Shown: positions 10,006 through 19,237 of the stretch, piece by piece | Layout of the letters: every line of letters starts with the position of its first letter | How positions within the stretch are numbered: the stretch's first letter is position 1 | The notes under the pieces: generated by a model | What the model saw: only the letters and a program-made list of their open reading frames with translations | What the model was told of the DNA's origin: nothing | Databases searched by the model: none | Assembly: GCA_965279515.1 (NCBI GenBank) | Contig: CBDIID010000003.1 | Span: 4,576,001 to 4,640,000, forward strand | Reading direction: 5' to 3' | Length of the DNA: 64,000 nucleotides | Origin: Turneriella sp. | GTDB taxonomy: Bacteria; Spirochaetota; Leptospiria; Turneriellales; Turneriellaceae | Position numbers and translations under genes: made by a program

Positions 10006-10959
10006 ATGCGTCGAATTGCTACCCATAAAATTTTGCGGAAGGCCGCGGCTCTTCTGGCTTTTTTCACAGCCCTGAATGTCCTCGGCGCAGCCGCCCCCGA
10101 CCAGGGTTTTGTCGAAAAAATCCTGCGTGAGAACCGTTATTTTACCGAATATGCCAACGTCTGCGTATCCAATTTTGGCTCGGCCGAGAATGAAAAAGCG
10201 CTCAAAGACGCGAACCAGCACAATTTTAACGCCAATCTCTATTATCTCGAAAGCAACTATGTCGATGCCTTCAAGGAAGTCCGGCTCAGCCAGGAGATCC
10301 TGCTCGATCTCTACTACGACGTGCTGCAAAAGCGCTATATCGAAGACTCGCGTACGCTGCTCGACCTGAACGCACCGGCAATTATCCAGTCGAAAGACAA
10401 AAAATCCGCGCATTTTCTGCAGCTCGGTTACCGCGACGTTGAAGTGGCGCGCCAGTTTCGCGATATGGGTTATAACTATAACCGCTTTCTGTTCTCCAAT
10501 AAAATCCGCTATTATATCGACGGCATCAAACGCGCGCGCCGTGCGAAACGTTTTGCCTTTCTCTCGCTGATTGAATCGAAGACACCGATCGAAGACAAGG
10601 TCGAATACCAGACGCAGACCTGGGATGATCACCGCAATAAGGACGACCGCGAAAAGATCCGCGATTATGAGCGCGTGAAAAACAACATGGTCAACCAGAT
10701 GAACCGTAAGCTCTATGCAGATGGCATGAACTTTTTCCTGCACCACGACGATAATTATGGCCTGATTTCAGGTCAGAAGAAGTCGCTGCTCAAAGATGCG
10801 TTTAAGGAACTCTCCACGAAGCGCCCTGAGAAGAAAAAAATTAATCCGGAATACCCTAAGGCCGACCAGCCTGATCAGAAAAAGCCTGAGGATAAAAAAC
10901 CAGGCCCTGCACCGGCACCGGCACCGGCTCCGGGTGCACGCCCGGGCCAGGGTCGCTGA
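10006..10959 (+). CDS. OmpL37-like leptospiral surface protein
   Basis: Signal peptide; helical body resembling Leptospira OmpL37 from memory (NVCVSNF, SNKIRYY, RRAKRFA, HHDDNY); Pro/Ala/Lys tail; AAGGAG SD. Confidence 0.6.
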   Translation: MRRIATHKILRKAAALLAFFTALNVLGAAAPDQGFVEKILRENRYFTEYANVCVSNFGSAENEKALKDANQHNFNANLYYLESNYVDAFKEVRLSQEILLDLYYDVLQKRYIEDSRTLLDLNAPAIIQSKDKKSAHFLQLGYRDVEVARQFRDMGYNYNRFLFSNKIRYYIDGIKRARRAKRFAFLSLIESKTPIEDKVEYQTQTWDDHRNKDDREKIRDYERVKNNMVNQMNRKLYADGMNFFLHHDDNYGLISGQKKSLLKDAFKELSTKRPEKKKINPEYPKADQPDQKKPEDKKPGPAPAPAPAPGARPGQGR

Positions 10960-10971
10960 CAAGGGTAACCG

Positions 10972-11580
10972 TTGTTAGCACGCGCCGCCGCCTTACTCCT
11001 GACCGCTGCGCTTCTGGCCGCAGTGGCTCCGGCCCGTGCCGCTGGCATCGACTTGCAGAAGATCCGCCTCAAGGGCGCACAACACATCAAAGACCTGAAA
11101 TTTTTTCAGGATACCGGGCTCATCGCTGCGCGCAATACCGCGATCGAGATGCAGATCGATGGTTTCGAACGCAGCCTCATCACATACCGCGAAGCGAAGC
11201 ATACGGAACGTAATCTTGCGCTGAAGGGAGCGCTTTCCGCCTACGAACGTTTTAATCCCGAGTTCAAGGCAGTCGCCGAGATATTCCGCGATTTGGTAGA
11301 CAAATACCAGAAACAGTACAACGAAAAAAACGCTGAAGCATTCGCCGACACCAATACGAAAGAAAAAGTGATCGCGACTGTGGAAGTCGGCAAGCAGGAT
11401 GAAAGCCGTGCTCTCGCCGCATACAGCAACCGCAATTATTCTTATGCCGCGCATCTGTACCTGCGCTCGCTGAGGCATTACCACCAGGCTTTTGAACTGA
11501 GAAAGTGGCCGCAGCTTGCGAAACTGCCGCCGCAGGGCAAAACAAAGCCCGCCAAAACTAAAAAAACTACGCTGCCTTAA
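10972..11580 (+). CDS. Secreted helical hypothetical protein
   Basis: Ala-rich signal peptide; follows previous gene by 12 nt. Confidence 0.6.
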   Translation: MLARAAALLLTAALLAAVAPARAAGIDLQKIRLKGAQHIKDLKFFQDTGLIAARNTAIEMQIDGFERSLITYREAKHTERNLALKGALSAYERFNPEFKAVAEIFRDLVDKYQKQYNEKNAEAFADTNTKEKVIATVEVGKQDESRALAAYSNRNYSYAAHLYLRSLRHYHQAFELRKWPQLAKLPPQGKTKPAKTKKTTLP

Positions 11581-12488
11581 GGGTTCAGGGAAGGCGCCGG
11601 AACACCCGGTATCGCCGGTTTCACCGTAACTGCCTCAATCACCGGCTGGGCCATCGTGCCCTTGACATTAAATTCAATACGGCCATCTTCTTGCAGAACA
11701 CCCGCGAATTTGAGCAGTGTGCGGGGGTCTTTGTCCTGGTATTTTTCAAAAAATTCATTTGTAGGGCGCAGAGTGATGTTGAGATTGAGATCGGTTTGCG
11801 CGCCGAGCGTCACCGAACCCCTGATCTGCGCATTGATGAGCCGTCCCATCGCCTCGCCTGTTTCGATCGCGATATTGTTCTGCTGCGCGCGGCATTTCAG
11901 CACAATCTTGAGGAACGGGATCACAATCTCTTCTTTAAGGAATCTGTTCTCCCGGTAGGTCACCTGCGCCGACTCTGCAGTCAGCGAGACATTGCCGTTT
12001 AAGACCTTCTGGGTGCCGCCTGATTTTACCTGCTCGAGCGCCGAGACAAGTTCGAGCGAATCGATCTTCAGGGAAAAATCCCCTTTCGAAAAAGACAAAA
12101 TCACGGCCTCGATTTCGGCGTCGTATTTGTCGCCCATGATCGCACCGAGCAGGGATATCCGCCCCTTGGCCTCGGCAATTTTCAGTACGCCCTGTTTGTC
12201 GCTGTCACCGGAAAGCGGTATTTTGAGGCTCTCGGCTTTGAAGCGACCGAAGGTGGAAAGTGCGAGATCGCCGATTTCGATGTGTACGCCGCTTGCACCC
12301 ATTTGGCGCAGTGCGAGAAATGCATATGCTTCGAGGGGCGCAAAAAGCAGAACGCCGATGAGAAACGCGGCGATGCCTGCGGCGAAGGGCGCAATACGCT
12401 TCAATGTGCGCGCAATCGACCGGTCCGCTTCGGGGGGCGAAGGTGGCGTCACCGAATCAGGGTCTTCGTTCAGTTCATTTTCCGTCAT
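11577..12488 (-). CDS. gspN: Type II secretion protein N-like
   Basis: Single N-terminal TM, beta-rich body, C-terminal GTMAQP; last gene after gspK-L-M-like genes; ATG at 12488. Confidence 0.6.
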   Translation of the reverse strand: MTENELNEDPDSVTPPSPPEADRSIARTLKRIAPFAAGIAAFLIGVLLFAPLEAYAFLALRQMGASGVHIEIGDLALSTFGRFKAESLKIPLSGDSDKQGVLKIAEAKGRISLLGAIMGDKYDAEIEAVILSFSKGDFSLKIDSLELVSALEQVKSGGTQKVLNGNVSLTAESAQVTYRENRFLKEEIVIPFLKIVLKCRAQQNNIAIETGEAMGRLINAQIRGSVTLGAQTDLNLNITLRPTNEFFEKYQDKDPRTLLKFAGVLQEDGRIEFNVKGTMAQPVIEAVTVKPAIPGVPAPSLNP

Positions 12489-13005
12489 TTTTTCTCTGGA
12501 ATCCCGAAATCGAGACACTAAAATCGTAGATACCCGGTTTTTTAAGTACCGGGCGGTAGTTAAAACTTTCGACTTTGTAGAGCGTCTGTGTGCTCTGCTC
12601 AATCTGGCGGATAAAATCGAGAACCTGATTCGCCGGACTTTCCTTGATGGAAACCTTCACTTCGCGCTTCAGGTATTTTTCCTGCACAATGGTGTCGGTG
12701 GGCGTGAGGCTGCCGACTTTTTCCCTGAGGCCGATGTTCTTCAGCATCGTCTCGATGCTTGAGAGCATATTGTCGAGTTGCTGCGAGTCGCCCGTACGCA
12801 TCGCCTGCAGCAGCTGGTACTGGCGGCCGAGGTTCTCGACCTGCAGAGTATCGCGTTCTGCTGAATCTGAACGTTCCCTGATGTCGGCCATATAACGCGC
12901 GAACGAGCGGCCCATAAAGAACAGGCCCATAATCACGGCAAACGAGGCAAGAATCAGCACGTAGGTGCGCTCGCGCGGATTCAGTGAGTCCCAGAACTTT
13001 TTCAT
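12475..13005 (-). CDS. gspM: Type II secretion protein M-like
   Basis: WDSLNPRER + TM + coiled coil + ferredoxin-like domain; position in operon. Confidence 0.7.
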   Translation of the reverse strand: MKKFWDSLNPRERTYVLILASFAVIMGLFFMGRSFARYMADIRERSDSAERDTLQVENLGRQYQLLQAMRTGDSQQLDNMLSSIETMLKNIGLREKVGSLTPTDTIVQEKYLKREVKVSIKESPANQVLDFIRQIEQSTQTLYKVESFNYRPVLKKPGIYDFSVSISGFQRKNDGK

Positions 13006-14660
13006 TGCGTCTGGCCTTCAGGCTTTTTGATTTTGCAGAACAGCGTGAACTTGATGCGGTTTTGACCGTTCGGGCCCGGAGTGGAATTTTCGTTTTTCGA
13101 TTCAATACCCGTGAGCAGCGATGCCTTCGAGAGCGAACGTTTGATATCTTCGAGTTTGGCGAAGTCGGGCACAAGGCCGTTGATCTCGACGCCGCGGTCA
13201 TTGTAATAGAACGAAGTGATCTCGAGACTATTGTCCGTCGAGATATTCTGGTGCAACTGCACGAGAATCGCCGACAGCCGCGGGGCTTTCAGAAAGATTT
13301 CGAGGATTTCTGTCTTCTGCTTTTCTTTGCGCACAAGTTCGCCCGCATAGGTCAGCGCTGAAACACCGTCGGGAATCTGCGCGCCCGCAAAGAACTGCTG
13401 GAATACTTTGGTTTGGCGGTCTTCCCATTCTCTCAGTTGCTGCGTGCGGCGCTTCAGATCGACAAAAAACGAGATGCCGAAAAAAACCAGCGCTGCCGCG
13501 GCAACCATGATGACAATGCGCGAGGCGCCGGTTTGCGAACTGACAACCCACTTTTTGAGGTCGTCTTTGAGCAGGTTCATCTTGCCCGAGACAGTCTGCG
13601 AATAGGCCCCGCCCATGGTAATCAGGTGCTCGCGGTCGAGCAGGGCAAGCGGGGTGCGCTCGTAGGGAAACTTTTCCACGCTGTGTTTCAGGTTCGTCGC
13701 CAGGGCGTTTTCGATGACGATGGCGTTATTGAGGTCTGAACTCAGGGCAACGGGCAGATCCGCCGGATTAAACGGTTTGGGCGCACCTTCGGCAGGCTGC
13801 GCTTTCTCGCCGCCAGCGCCCGCTGCATCGGGGTCCTGGTCGATCTGCAGGTTGCGCAGTGATACTTCGAGTTCGCGGCTGATGACCTGGGTGAATTCCG
13901 CAACCGAATCGGTCAGTGCCTTAAATTTGGGGTTCGTGATCTTGTGCGTCTTCTTAAAATCGTCGACGTCTGCGCTGTCGTCGAGGCTCGAAGGCAGCGC
14001 AAGCAAAATACGGTGGATCTCCGACGGTTCTATCTTCCATTTGCTCCTCAGCTTAGCAATGAGCCAGTCGTAACCGACCGGCATGACCCGGGCGAAACGC
14101 CATTCGCTATTCAGCACTATATTGATGATCGAGACCAGGCGTGAAACATGCAGCATGATGCACGACTCGATGCCCGTGAAAGGGTGCAGGCGGTAGAGCG
14201 CGTCGTGTGGCGTATAAATACCGAGCACCGTCACGTCGCGTTTTCTGAATTCGTCCAGATAGCGAATGAGGATATCTTTGCGCGCGCCGGCCACAATCGA
14301 GCGCGTCATCTGCCCCGACGCCTGCGTGGTCAGGTAGCTGTCGAACACCACGTCGTTGATGTCATTGGGTATCAGGGGCTCGAGTTCGAACGGTAAAACT
14401 TCGCGCACCTTACGCCGGTCGGCGAAGGGGAAGCTGATTTCGCGGGTAAACAGGCTCTCATACGGCACATTAAAATGCACGCCGATGGCACCCGGATAAC
14501 GTTCGGCGACAAACTGCGCTGCCTGTTCGGCGGTGCTGAGCGCCGGGTTCAAAAACATCGATTCGGCCTGGAAGAACGAACGGCCGGCAAAGCCGCTGCG
14601 GAACGCGAGACCTTTGATCTCGTAGTTATTGATCTCAATGACGACAGGGGTGCGCGCCAT
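13002..14660 (-). CDS. gspL: Type II secretion protein L (PilM/actin-like cytoplasmic domain + TM + PilN-like domain)
   Basis: REISFPF..VLPFELEPLIP..VVFD typical of GspL; TM near aa 385. Confidence 0.75.
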   Translation of the reverse strand: MARTPVVIEINNYEIKGLAFRSGFAGRSFFQAESMFLNPALSTAEQAAQFVAERYPGAIGVHFNVPYESLFTREISFPFADRRKVREVLPFELEPLIPNDINDVVFDSYLTTQASGQMTRSIVAGARKDILIRYLDEFRKRDVTVLGIYTPHDALYRLHPFTGIESCIMLHVSRLVSIINIVLNSEWRFARVMPVGYDWLIAKLRSKWKIEPSEIHRILLALPSSLDDSADVDDFKKTHKITNPKFKALTDSVAEFTQVISRELEVSLRNLQIDQDPDAAGAGGEKAQPAEGAPKPFNPADLPVALSSDLNNAIVIENALATNLKHSVEKFPYERTPLALLDREHLITMGGAYSQTVSGKMNLLKDDLKKWVVSSQTGASRIVIMVAAAALVFFGISFFVDLKRRTQQLREWEDRQTKVFQQFFAGAQIPDGVSALTYAGELVRKEKQKTEILEIFLKAPRLSAILVQLHQNISTDNSLEITSFYYNDRGVEINGLVPDFAKLEDIKRSLSKASLLTGIESKNENSTPGPNGQNRIKFTLFCKIKKPEGQTQ

Positions 14661-14685
14661 GGCTAATTACCAGTCTGGAAAGGTT

Positions 14686-15780
14686 TCATTCAGCGTAAAA
14701 CACGAGGCGCTTTGCGTTCGGGTCCAGGACTCCCATGACCTGCGCTACTTGCGAATCAATCGACGCGTCGGCAACAATCTTATAGATTTGATTCTGCTCG
14801 GTAATGCGGATAGACAGCTCCTTAAAAAGCGTCAGGTTCCCCGTTGTGGGAATCTGCAGCTCGGGGAAGGTGGCGAGGTCGGCAATACTCTTGAACCGGC
14901 CCCCCCGCTTGACGCGTTCGGTGACGATTTTGCGGGCCGCGACCGGGGTCATAAACTCCGAAAGCGCGAGAATCACATGGTAGGGCGCTGAGTTGATATT
15001 GATGAGGTCGGTCGATGTGTCGGCGTTATAGACCAGGTAGGTTGTGATATTATTGGCGAGAACGTAGTCCGCCGGTGAAATCGCGGCTTTTTCCGCGTCG
15101 CTGAGGCTGCTGGTCGATGTATTCTTAATGCGGTCGAGTGAACGCAGGTCGTCATAGAGCAGGCGCGCATCGAACCCGGGAATAAAAAGCAGTTCTTCGA
15201 GCGCCTGCATGCGGCCGTTCTTGATGCGCCGCGGGGGTATCAGGCGTTCGTACTCGTCGCGCTCGGCCCCGCGCGCCATCGGCGTATTGTTCTCGTCGAC
15301 GTAATCGATCACCGCATGCCAGAGATCGATGGGAATACCCAGTGCGATCGACAGGCGCTGAAAATATTCGAGCTGTTTTTCATCGGTCTGGTCTTCGAAC
15401 ATACGCACGAGGCGGTTTACGTTAAATTTACCGCTCTCTTCGCTGATCGACAGCGTCACCGTGCCGCCACCCAGCGGAATCGTCGGCGCCATCGCGAAGA
15501 TACCGAAATCATAGAGCGAATCGAGTGGTATACGCGTGAGTAACAGAATACCAGTTTCGAGTCCGCTCTGTGCGAGCTGCAGCGATCTCTCCCGGTTGCC
15601 GGCGGTTGAAACGCCGCGGTATTCGTTCAGCGCGAAGCGTACATAGACGAGCGCGACCGATGCAGTGAGCGTCAGAATCAGTGTCGCCGTAATCAGAATG
15701 ATCGCCCCACGGCGGCGCAAAAAATATTTCCTGCGCACCGGTGTTTTTGTAGGGGGGATATCCTGCTTTGCAAAAATCAT
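14686..15780 (-). CDS. gspK: Type II secretion minor pseudopilin K
   Basis: RRGAIILI prepilin-like N-terminus, EESGKFNVN, IDYVD, KNGR..LEELLFIPG, ININSAP. Confidence 0.85.
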   Translation of the reverse strand: MIFAKQDIPPTKTPVRRKYFLRRRGAIILITATLILTLTASVALVYVRFALNEYRGVSTAGNRERSLQLAQSGLETGILLLTRIPLDSLYDFGIFAMAPTIPLGGGTVTLSISEESGKFNVNRLVRMFEDQTDEKQLEYFQRLSIALGIPIDLWHAVIDYVDENNTPMARGAERDEYERLIPPRRIKNGRMQALEELLFIPGFDARLLYDDLRSLDRIKNTSTSSLSDAEKAAISPADYVLANNITTYLVYNADTSTDLININSAPYHVILALSEFMTPVAARKIVTERVKRGGRFKSIADLATFPELQIPTTGNLTLFKELSIRITEQNQIYKIVADASIDSQVAQVMGVLDPNAKRLVFYAE

Positions 15781-15782
15781 TT

Positions 15783-16649
15783 TTACTCGGCGAGATATTT
15801 TTCGAGGTTGGAATTCCGCGCGGGGCGCGGTATGCAGCCGAAGGCCGCATGGAAAAGTGCAAGGCGTATCTCTTCGTAGATAAAAGGCGCCATCGCCTTG
15901 CGCATCGAGCGCGAGAGTTCAACCGTAATGATCGGAATTTTATTCTCGCGCGCCCATGTGCCGAGCGAGCCCGGCGTCGGGTAGCCGACGTCTGAGCCCA
16001 GCGGGTAATCCGACAAGAGCGCAAAGGGTTTGGCGATCTCTTCGTGCTCGGGGTAGTGCAGCACGACGCGAAACGGCTGGTGCAGGTTGTACATCAGCGC
16101 CGGCGGGTATTTCTCCATGAGTTTCATGAAGGCCTGTGTCTCACGCGCATTGGGCGCACCCTCGGCGCCGTCGGAGCTCGGGAAGTCGCGGTTGAGATCG
16201 ACCTTTTCAGCGGCAAAGCGGTCGTTGCGCTTATAACCGTCGGGGTTGTAGAGCGGTATCACAATGATGCGCCGTCCGTTGCGGAAATCATCACTGACGA
16301 GTTTCATTTCACGCACGAAAAAATCGAGCGCACGGCTGGTATTGCGTTCGTCGCCATGCTGCGCGCCGAGTATATAGACGTTTTCCGCGCTATCGCGTTT
16401 CTCTTGCGCAGGGTCGACGATCCAGGCGATGAGCGGCTTTTTCTTTTTCGAATGCCCGTAGGTAACCTTGCGCGGGCGAATTTTCACCGTAGGGTCGGCG
16501 TCGCTGACCTTGCAGGTGAGTTTGGCGACAAAGCGTGCGTGATCACCCGAAGAGAAATAGGGTTTGGCAGCGCCTGCCGAACCTGCTAGGCTCAGGAATA
16601 CAAGGGGGATTGCTATCGGGGCGAAGGCGCCGGATACTTTGGGAAACAC
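15783..16649 (-). CDS. M14 zinc carboxypeptidase, murein peptide amidase A (MpaA)-like, with signal peptide
   Basis: QHGDE, NPDG, DLNRDFP, NLHQP, GYPTPGSLGTW, ITVEL. Confidence 0.8.
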   Translation of the reverse strand: MFPKVSGAFAPIAIPLVFLSLAGSAGAAKPYFSSGDHARFVAKLTCKVSDADPTVKIRPRKVTYGHSKKKKPLIAWIVDPAQEKRDSAENVYILGAQHGDERNTSRALDFFVREMKLVSDDFRNGRRIIVIPLYNPDGYKRNDRFAAEKVDLNRDFPSSDGAEGAPNARETQAFMKLMEKYPPALMYNLHQPFRVVLHYPEHEEIAKPFALLSDYPLGSDVGYPTPGSLGTWARENKIPIITVELSRSMRKAMAPFIYEEIRLALFHAAFGCIPRPARNSNLEKYLAE

Positions 16650-17007
16650 TCTACCTGACGCTCCAAGACTCAGGCCCGGCCGTCAAGAAATAACACATGA
16701 CCAAGCCCCCATGATATGGGCAGAGGAATTTGGCGCGCTATTCGCCAAGAGGTTTTCGGTTAGGGCCGGTCAGCCGTGTGGCCAACGTCCGAACAGCCTC
16801 ACGGCGAGGCGGGCAACCGCTTCCAAGTCGCGGCAAAGGCTCAACTAGAAACAAAGCACCATTTTGCACAATGTCGGTTTGCCTTTCGTGCCATTAGGCA
16901 ATAAGCCGGTTGGTGAGTAGACCGCGGGTTGTCTCGAACCAGGCCGGGCATGTAAACCCGATTGGGCGAAGTGGTGACGCGAAGCCGGTGATGCGGGGAG
17001 GGCGGCT

Positions 17008-17424
17008 TCAAAACCAGTCATTTTCGCCACCCTTCATTCTGAACTGCCAACGCTCAGCAGTGATTAACTTTGGCTGATTACGGTGGATTTCAACGGTATG
17101 GGTTTTCATAAATTCGCGCCAAATGTTTTTATCATACGGCACTGGTAACGTTGATTGGTCAAATACGAATACCGTTTTGAATTGCTTGTTTGAATCAATC
17201 GCGATGATCCCTATCTCCTTTCTGTTTTGCCAATCTGGGAAGCCAGCCTCTTCAAAATCTTCAGCTGGTATGCCATCCGTATTGACGCAGGTTAAGCTGC
17301 CGGTCTCCTTGGGGGCATTGCATAGAGTTTAGAAACCGTTCCTATTTCGAGCCAAGTTATAGAGTTCCACGAGTTCTTGAGAAAATTGGTTCAGAAAAAA
17401 TTCGAACATTTTGAATTTGCTCAT
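17008..17424 (-). pseudogene. Nonsense-interrupted hypothetical gene (possible orphan immunity remnant)
   Basis: ATG 17424 MSKFKMFEFF...NGF, TAA at 17331-17329, then the same frame stays open for 106 codons (TLCNAPKETG...GGENDWF) to TGA 17010-17008. Confidence 0.45.
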
Positions 17425-17658
17425 TGTGCAACCAACCCGGTTCAGCCTTTTGTAAATACTCTCGGAATCTATTTCTCTCTTCAGCGTCCTTCACTGGCCC
17501 AACGGCTTTAAATGAATGAGTGACGTTCATAAATCCGGCCGTAATATCTAGCAGGGTGTTGAAAAACGCATAGAATCGGGTATCCGTTCAAACCATAAAT
17601 ACGATTGGACGGGCACGTATTTTGCGCCTTGCCACCTTCGCTTCTGGGCGCAACGGGC

Positions 17659-18750
17659 TCATAGCTTGCCAGCCAAAATAACCAGATTGGCTGCCGCCAT
17701 CGTGAATATGAAATGAAAGCCAACCTTAGCTTTGCCGCAGTAGCGTGTTTTACGGATACCACCGATGGTTTTGCCCCAGCCAAATAATTCTTCAATCCGT
17801 TTGCGAACGCGTTGGCTGATTGCATAGCCGGTACTTCGCGCCGTTCGGCGATCAAGGCCTGGTGTTTTTCGTGTTTCAATCATGGCGATGTGCGGTTTTA
17901 TCTTCAATGACCTGAGCGATGCTACCATGTCTTTCGTATGGTAGCCTTTGTCTGCACCCAATGTTCGCGGCTTGATTTTGCGCTTGCGGAGATTCTTTAA
18001 TAGAGCAAGCAAGCCACGGCGTTCTGCTTTGCCATCAGCAGCCTCCAGGTTTGCCGCAACACAAAGACCGGTACGATTTTCCATGACGACATTACCGCAG
18101 TAAGACAGCTTTGCTTCTTTGCCGGGGCCCTTGCGTGCAAGCATGGATTCGGGATCAGTAGTACTGGCATGTGTTTCATTGCTGCGTTTTTCATCGTGAA
18201 AATTCACGATCGGATTGCGACTGGTGTCTATTGGCTTTTCGCGTTTTACGTCTGCATCTTTTTGTTTCGGCTTAAAGCTTTTAAGCGATGCCCATGCTTC
18301 GATCAATGTGCCGTCAGCGGTGAAGTGTTCATCAGAGACCAGATTCTTGCTTTGCGCAAAACGAACGACCTGCGCCAGAAAGCTATTTGCGATTTCCTGA
18401 TTGAGGAGGCGTTCGCGGTTTTTGGCAAAAGTACTGTGATTCGGAACAGGATCATTCGGCATCAGATCAAGAAACCAGCGGAAGAGAAAATTGTAGCTGA
18501 GTTGTTCACAAAGCTGGCGCTCCGAACGAATCGAATAAAAAGCGATCAGAAGCGATGCCTTCAGCAAAAACTCCGGCGGTATCGAGGGTCTGCCAGCATC
18601 GGCGTACATCTTATCAAGTGCTCCATCCAGTTTGCCGAGCACGTCATCGGCCATAGTCTTGATTTTACGCAATGGATGCGACGGCGGAATCAGATCTTCC
18701 GCAGAGAAATTGTAGAGAAAATTCATCTGAGCTTTTTGGTCACCGCGCAT
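17659..18750 (-). CDS. IS5-family DDE transposase
   Basis: HPLRKI, GRPSIPPE, FTADGTLIEAWAS, GADKGY, RKRIEELFGWGK. Confidence 0.92.
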   Translation of the reverse strand: MRGDQKAQMNFLYNFSAEDLIPPSHPLRKIKTMADDVLGKLDGALDKMYADAGRPSIPPEFLLKASLLIAFYSIRSERQLCEQLSYNFLFRWFLDLMPNDPVPNHSTFAKNRERLLNQEIANSFLAQVVRFAQSKNLVSDEHFTADGTLIEAWASLKSFKPKQKDADVKREKPIDTSRNPIVNFHDEKRSNETHASTTDPESMLARKGPGKEAKLSYCGNVVMENRTGLCVAANLEAADGKAERRGLLALLKNLRKRKIKPRTLGADKGYHTKDMVASLRSLKIKPHIAMIETRKTPGLDRRTARSTGYAISQRVRKRIEELFGWGKTIGGIRKTRYCGKAKVGFHFIFTMAAANLVILAGKL

Positions 18751-18756
18751 TGGCTC

Positions 18757-18785
18757 AATATAATCAAAATTAAGGACTTCTTCAA
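18757..18785 (-). promoter_or_regulatory. sigma70-like promoter of the transposase, likely leaderless
   Basis: TTGAAG-17nt-TATATT, then 6 nt to the ATG at 18750; the -35 lies inside the IR. Confidence 0.5.
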
Positions 18786-19237
18786 CACCCTGCTAGAGAG
18801 TAACTTCCGGCAAAATAGACTCGATTTGGCTCAAGACTGAATGTAACGCACTCGTCACTACAAAGAAAGGTACTTCTACCTAAACTAGTCGAGTAGATGC
18901 GGTATCGCCCTCTGGGCAACGCTACGGTAGTAAACGGAGAGGAGTTTCGGCTCGCAATTTCCACATTTCCTGAAGCGTTAGAACGATAAGTTTTCTTGCT
19001 ATCGATATCGATGATGGCAACATTTTCAGACATTCTGCCGATTTTACCCACACCTTCCATTTCTATCACCAAACCGAGGAGAGATTTATCGCTCTGGTAG
19101 ATCGGTACTGACTTACAATAGAGTAATACCAGTGAGGGCGTAAAAATCCATAGTCTCAATAGATGTTGAAATTTTAGCTTTGCGCACATAACTGCTTCAT
19201 CCTTTTATCATTTATTCCAACGTGAGGAGTTCCTGAG

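Larger units (their letters stand above)
17552..18792 (-). mobile_element. IS5-family insertion sequence, 1241 bp
   Basis: Terminal IRs CAGGGTGTTGAA(A/G)AA (14/15 match); CTAG duplicated at 17548-17551 and 18793-18796; single transposase. Confidence 0.92.
17357..19189 (-). pseudogene. Putative lipoprotein/immunity gene interrupted by IS5
   Basis: Removing the IS and one CTAG joins 19189-18793 to 17547-17357, giving a 588-nt frame (195 aa) ...GSYSL|DITAGF...RGTL*; N-terminal hydrophobic stretch ends LVLLYC. Confidence 0.75.

Noticed and set aside
8018..10746. Long antisense ORFs (8018-8755, 8596-9300, 9796-10746), with similar ones at 43808-44689 and 49237-50067
   Set aside because: They mirror well-supported genes on the opposite strand, as expected in GC-rich coding DNA, and carry no motifs.
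16770..16905. Possible attC-like/integron cassette site (minus strand GCCTAAT...GTTGGCC)
   Set aside because: Core sites are imperfect, there is no convincing stem and no integrase in the window.
17508..18840. ORFs 17508-17879(-) and 18169-18840(+)
   Set aside because: Alternative-frame or antisense shadows of the IS5 transposase.
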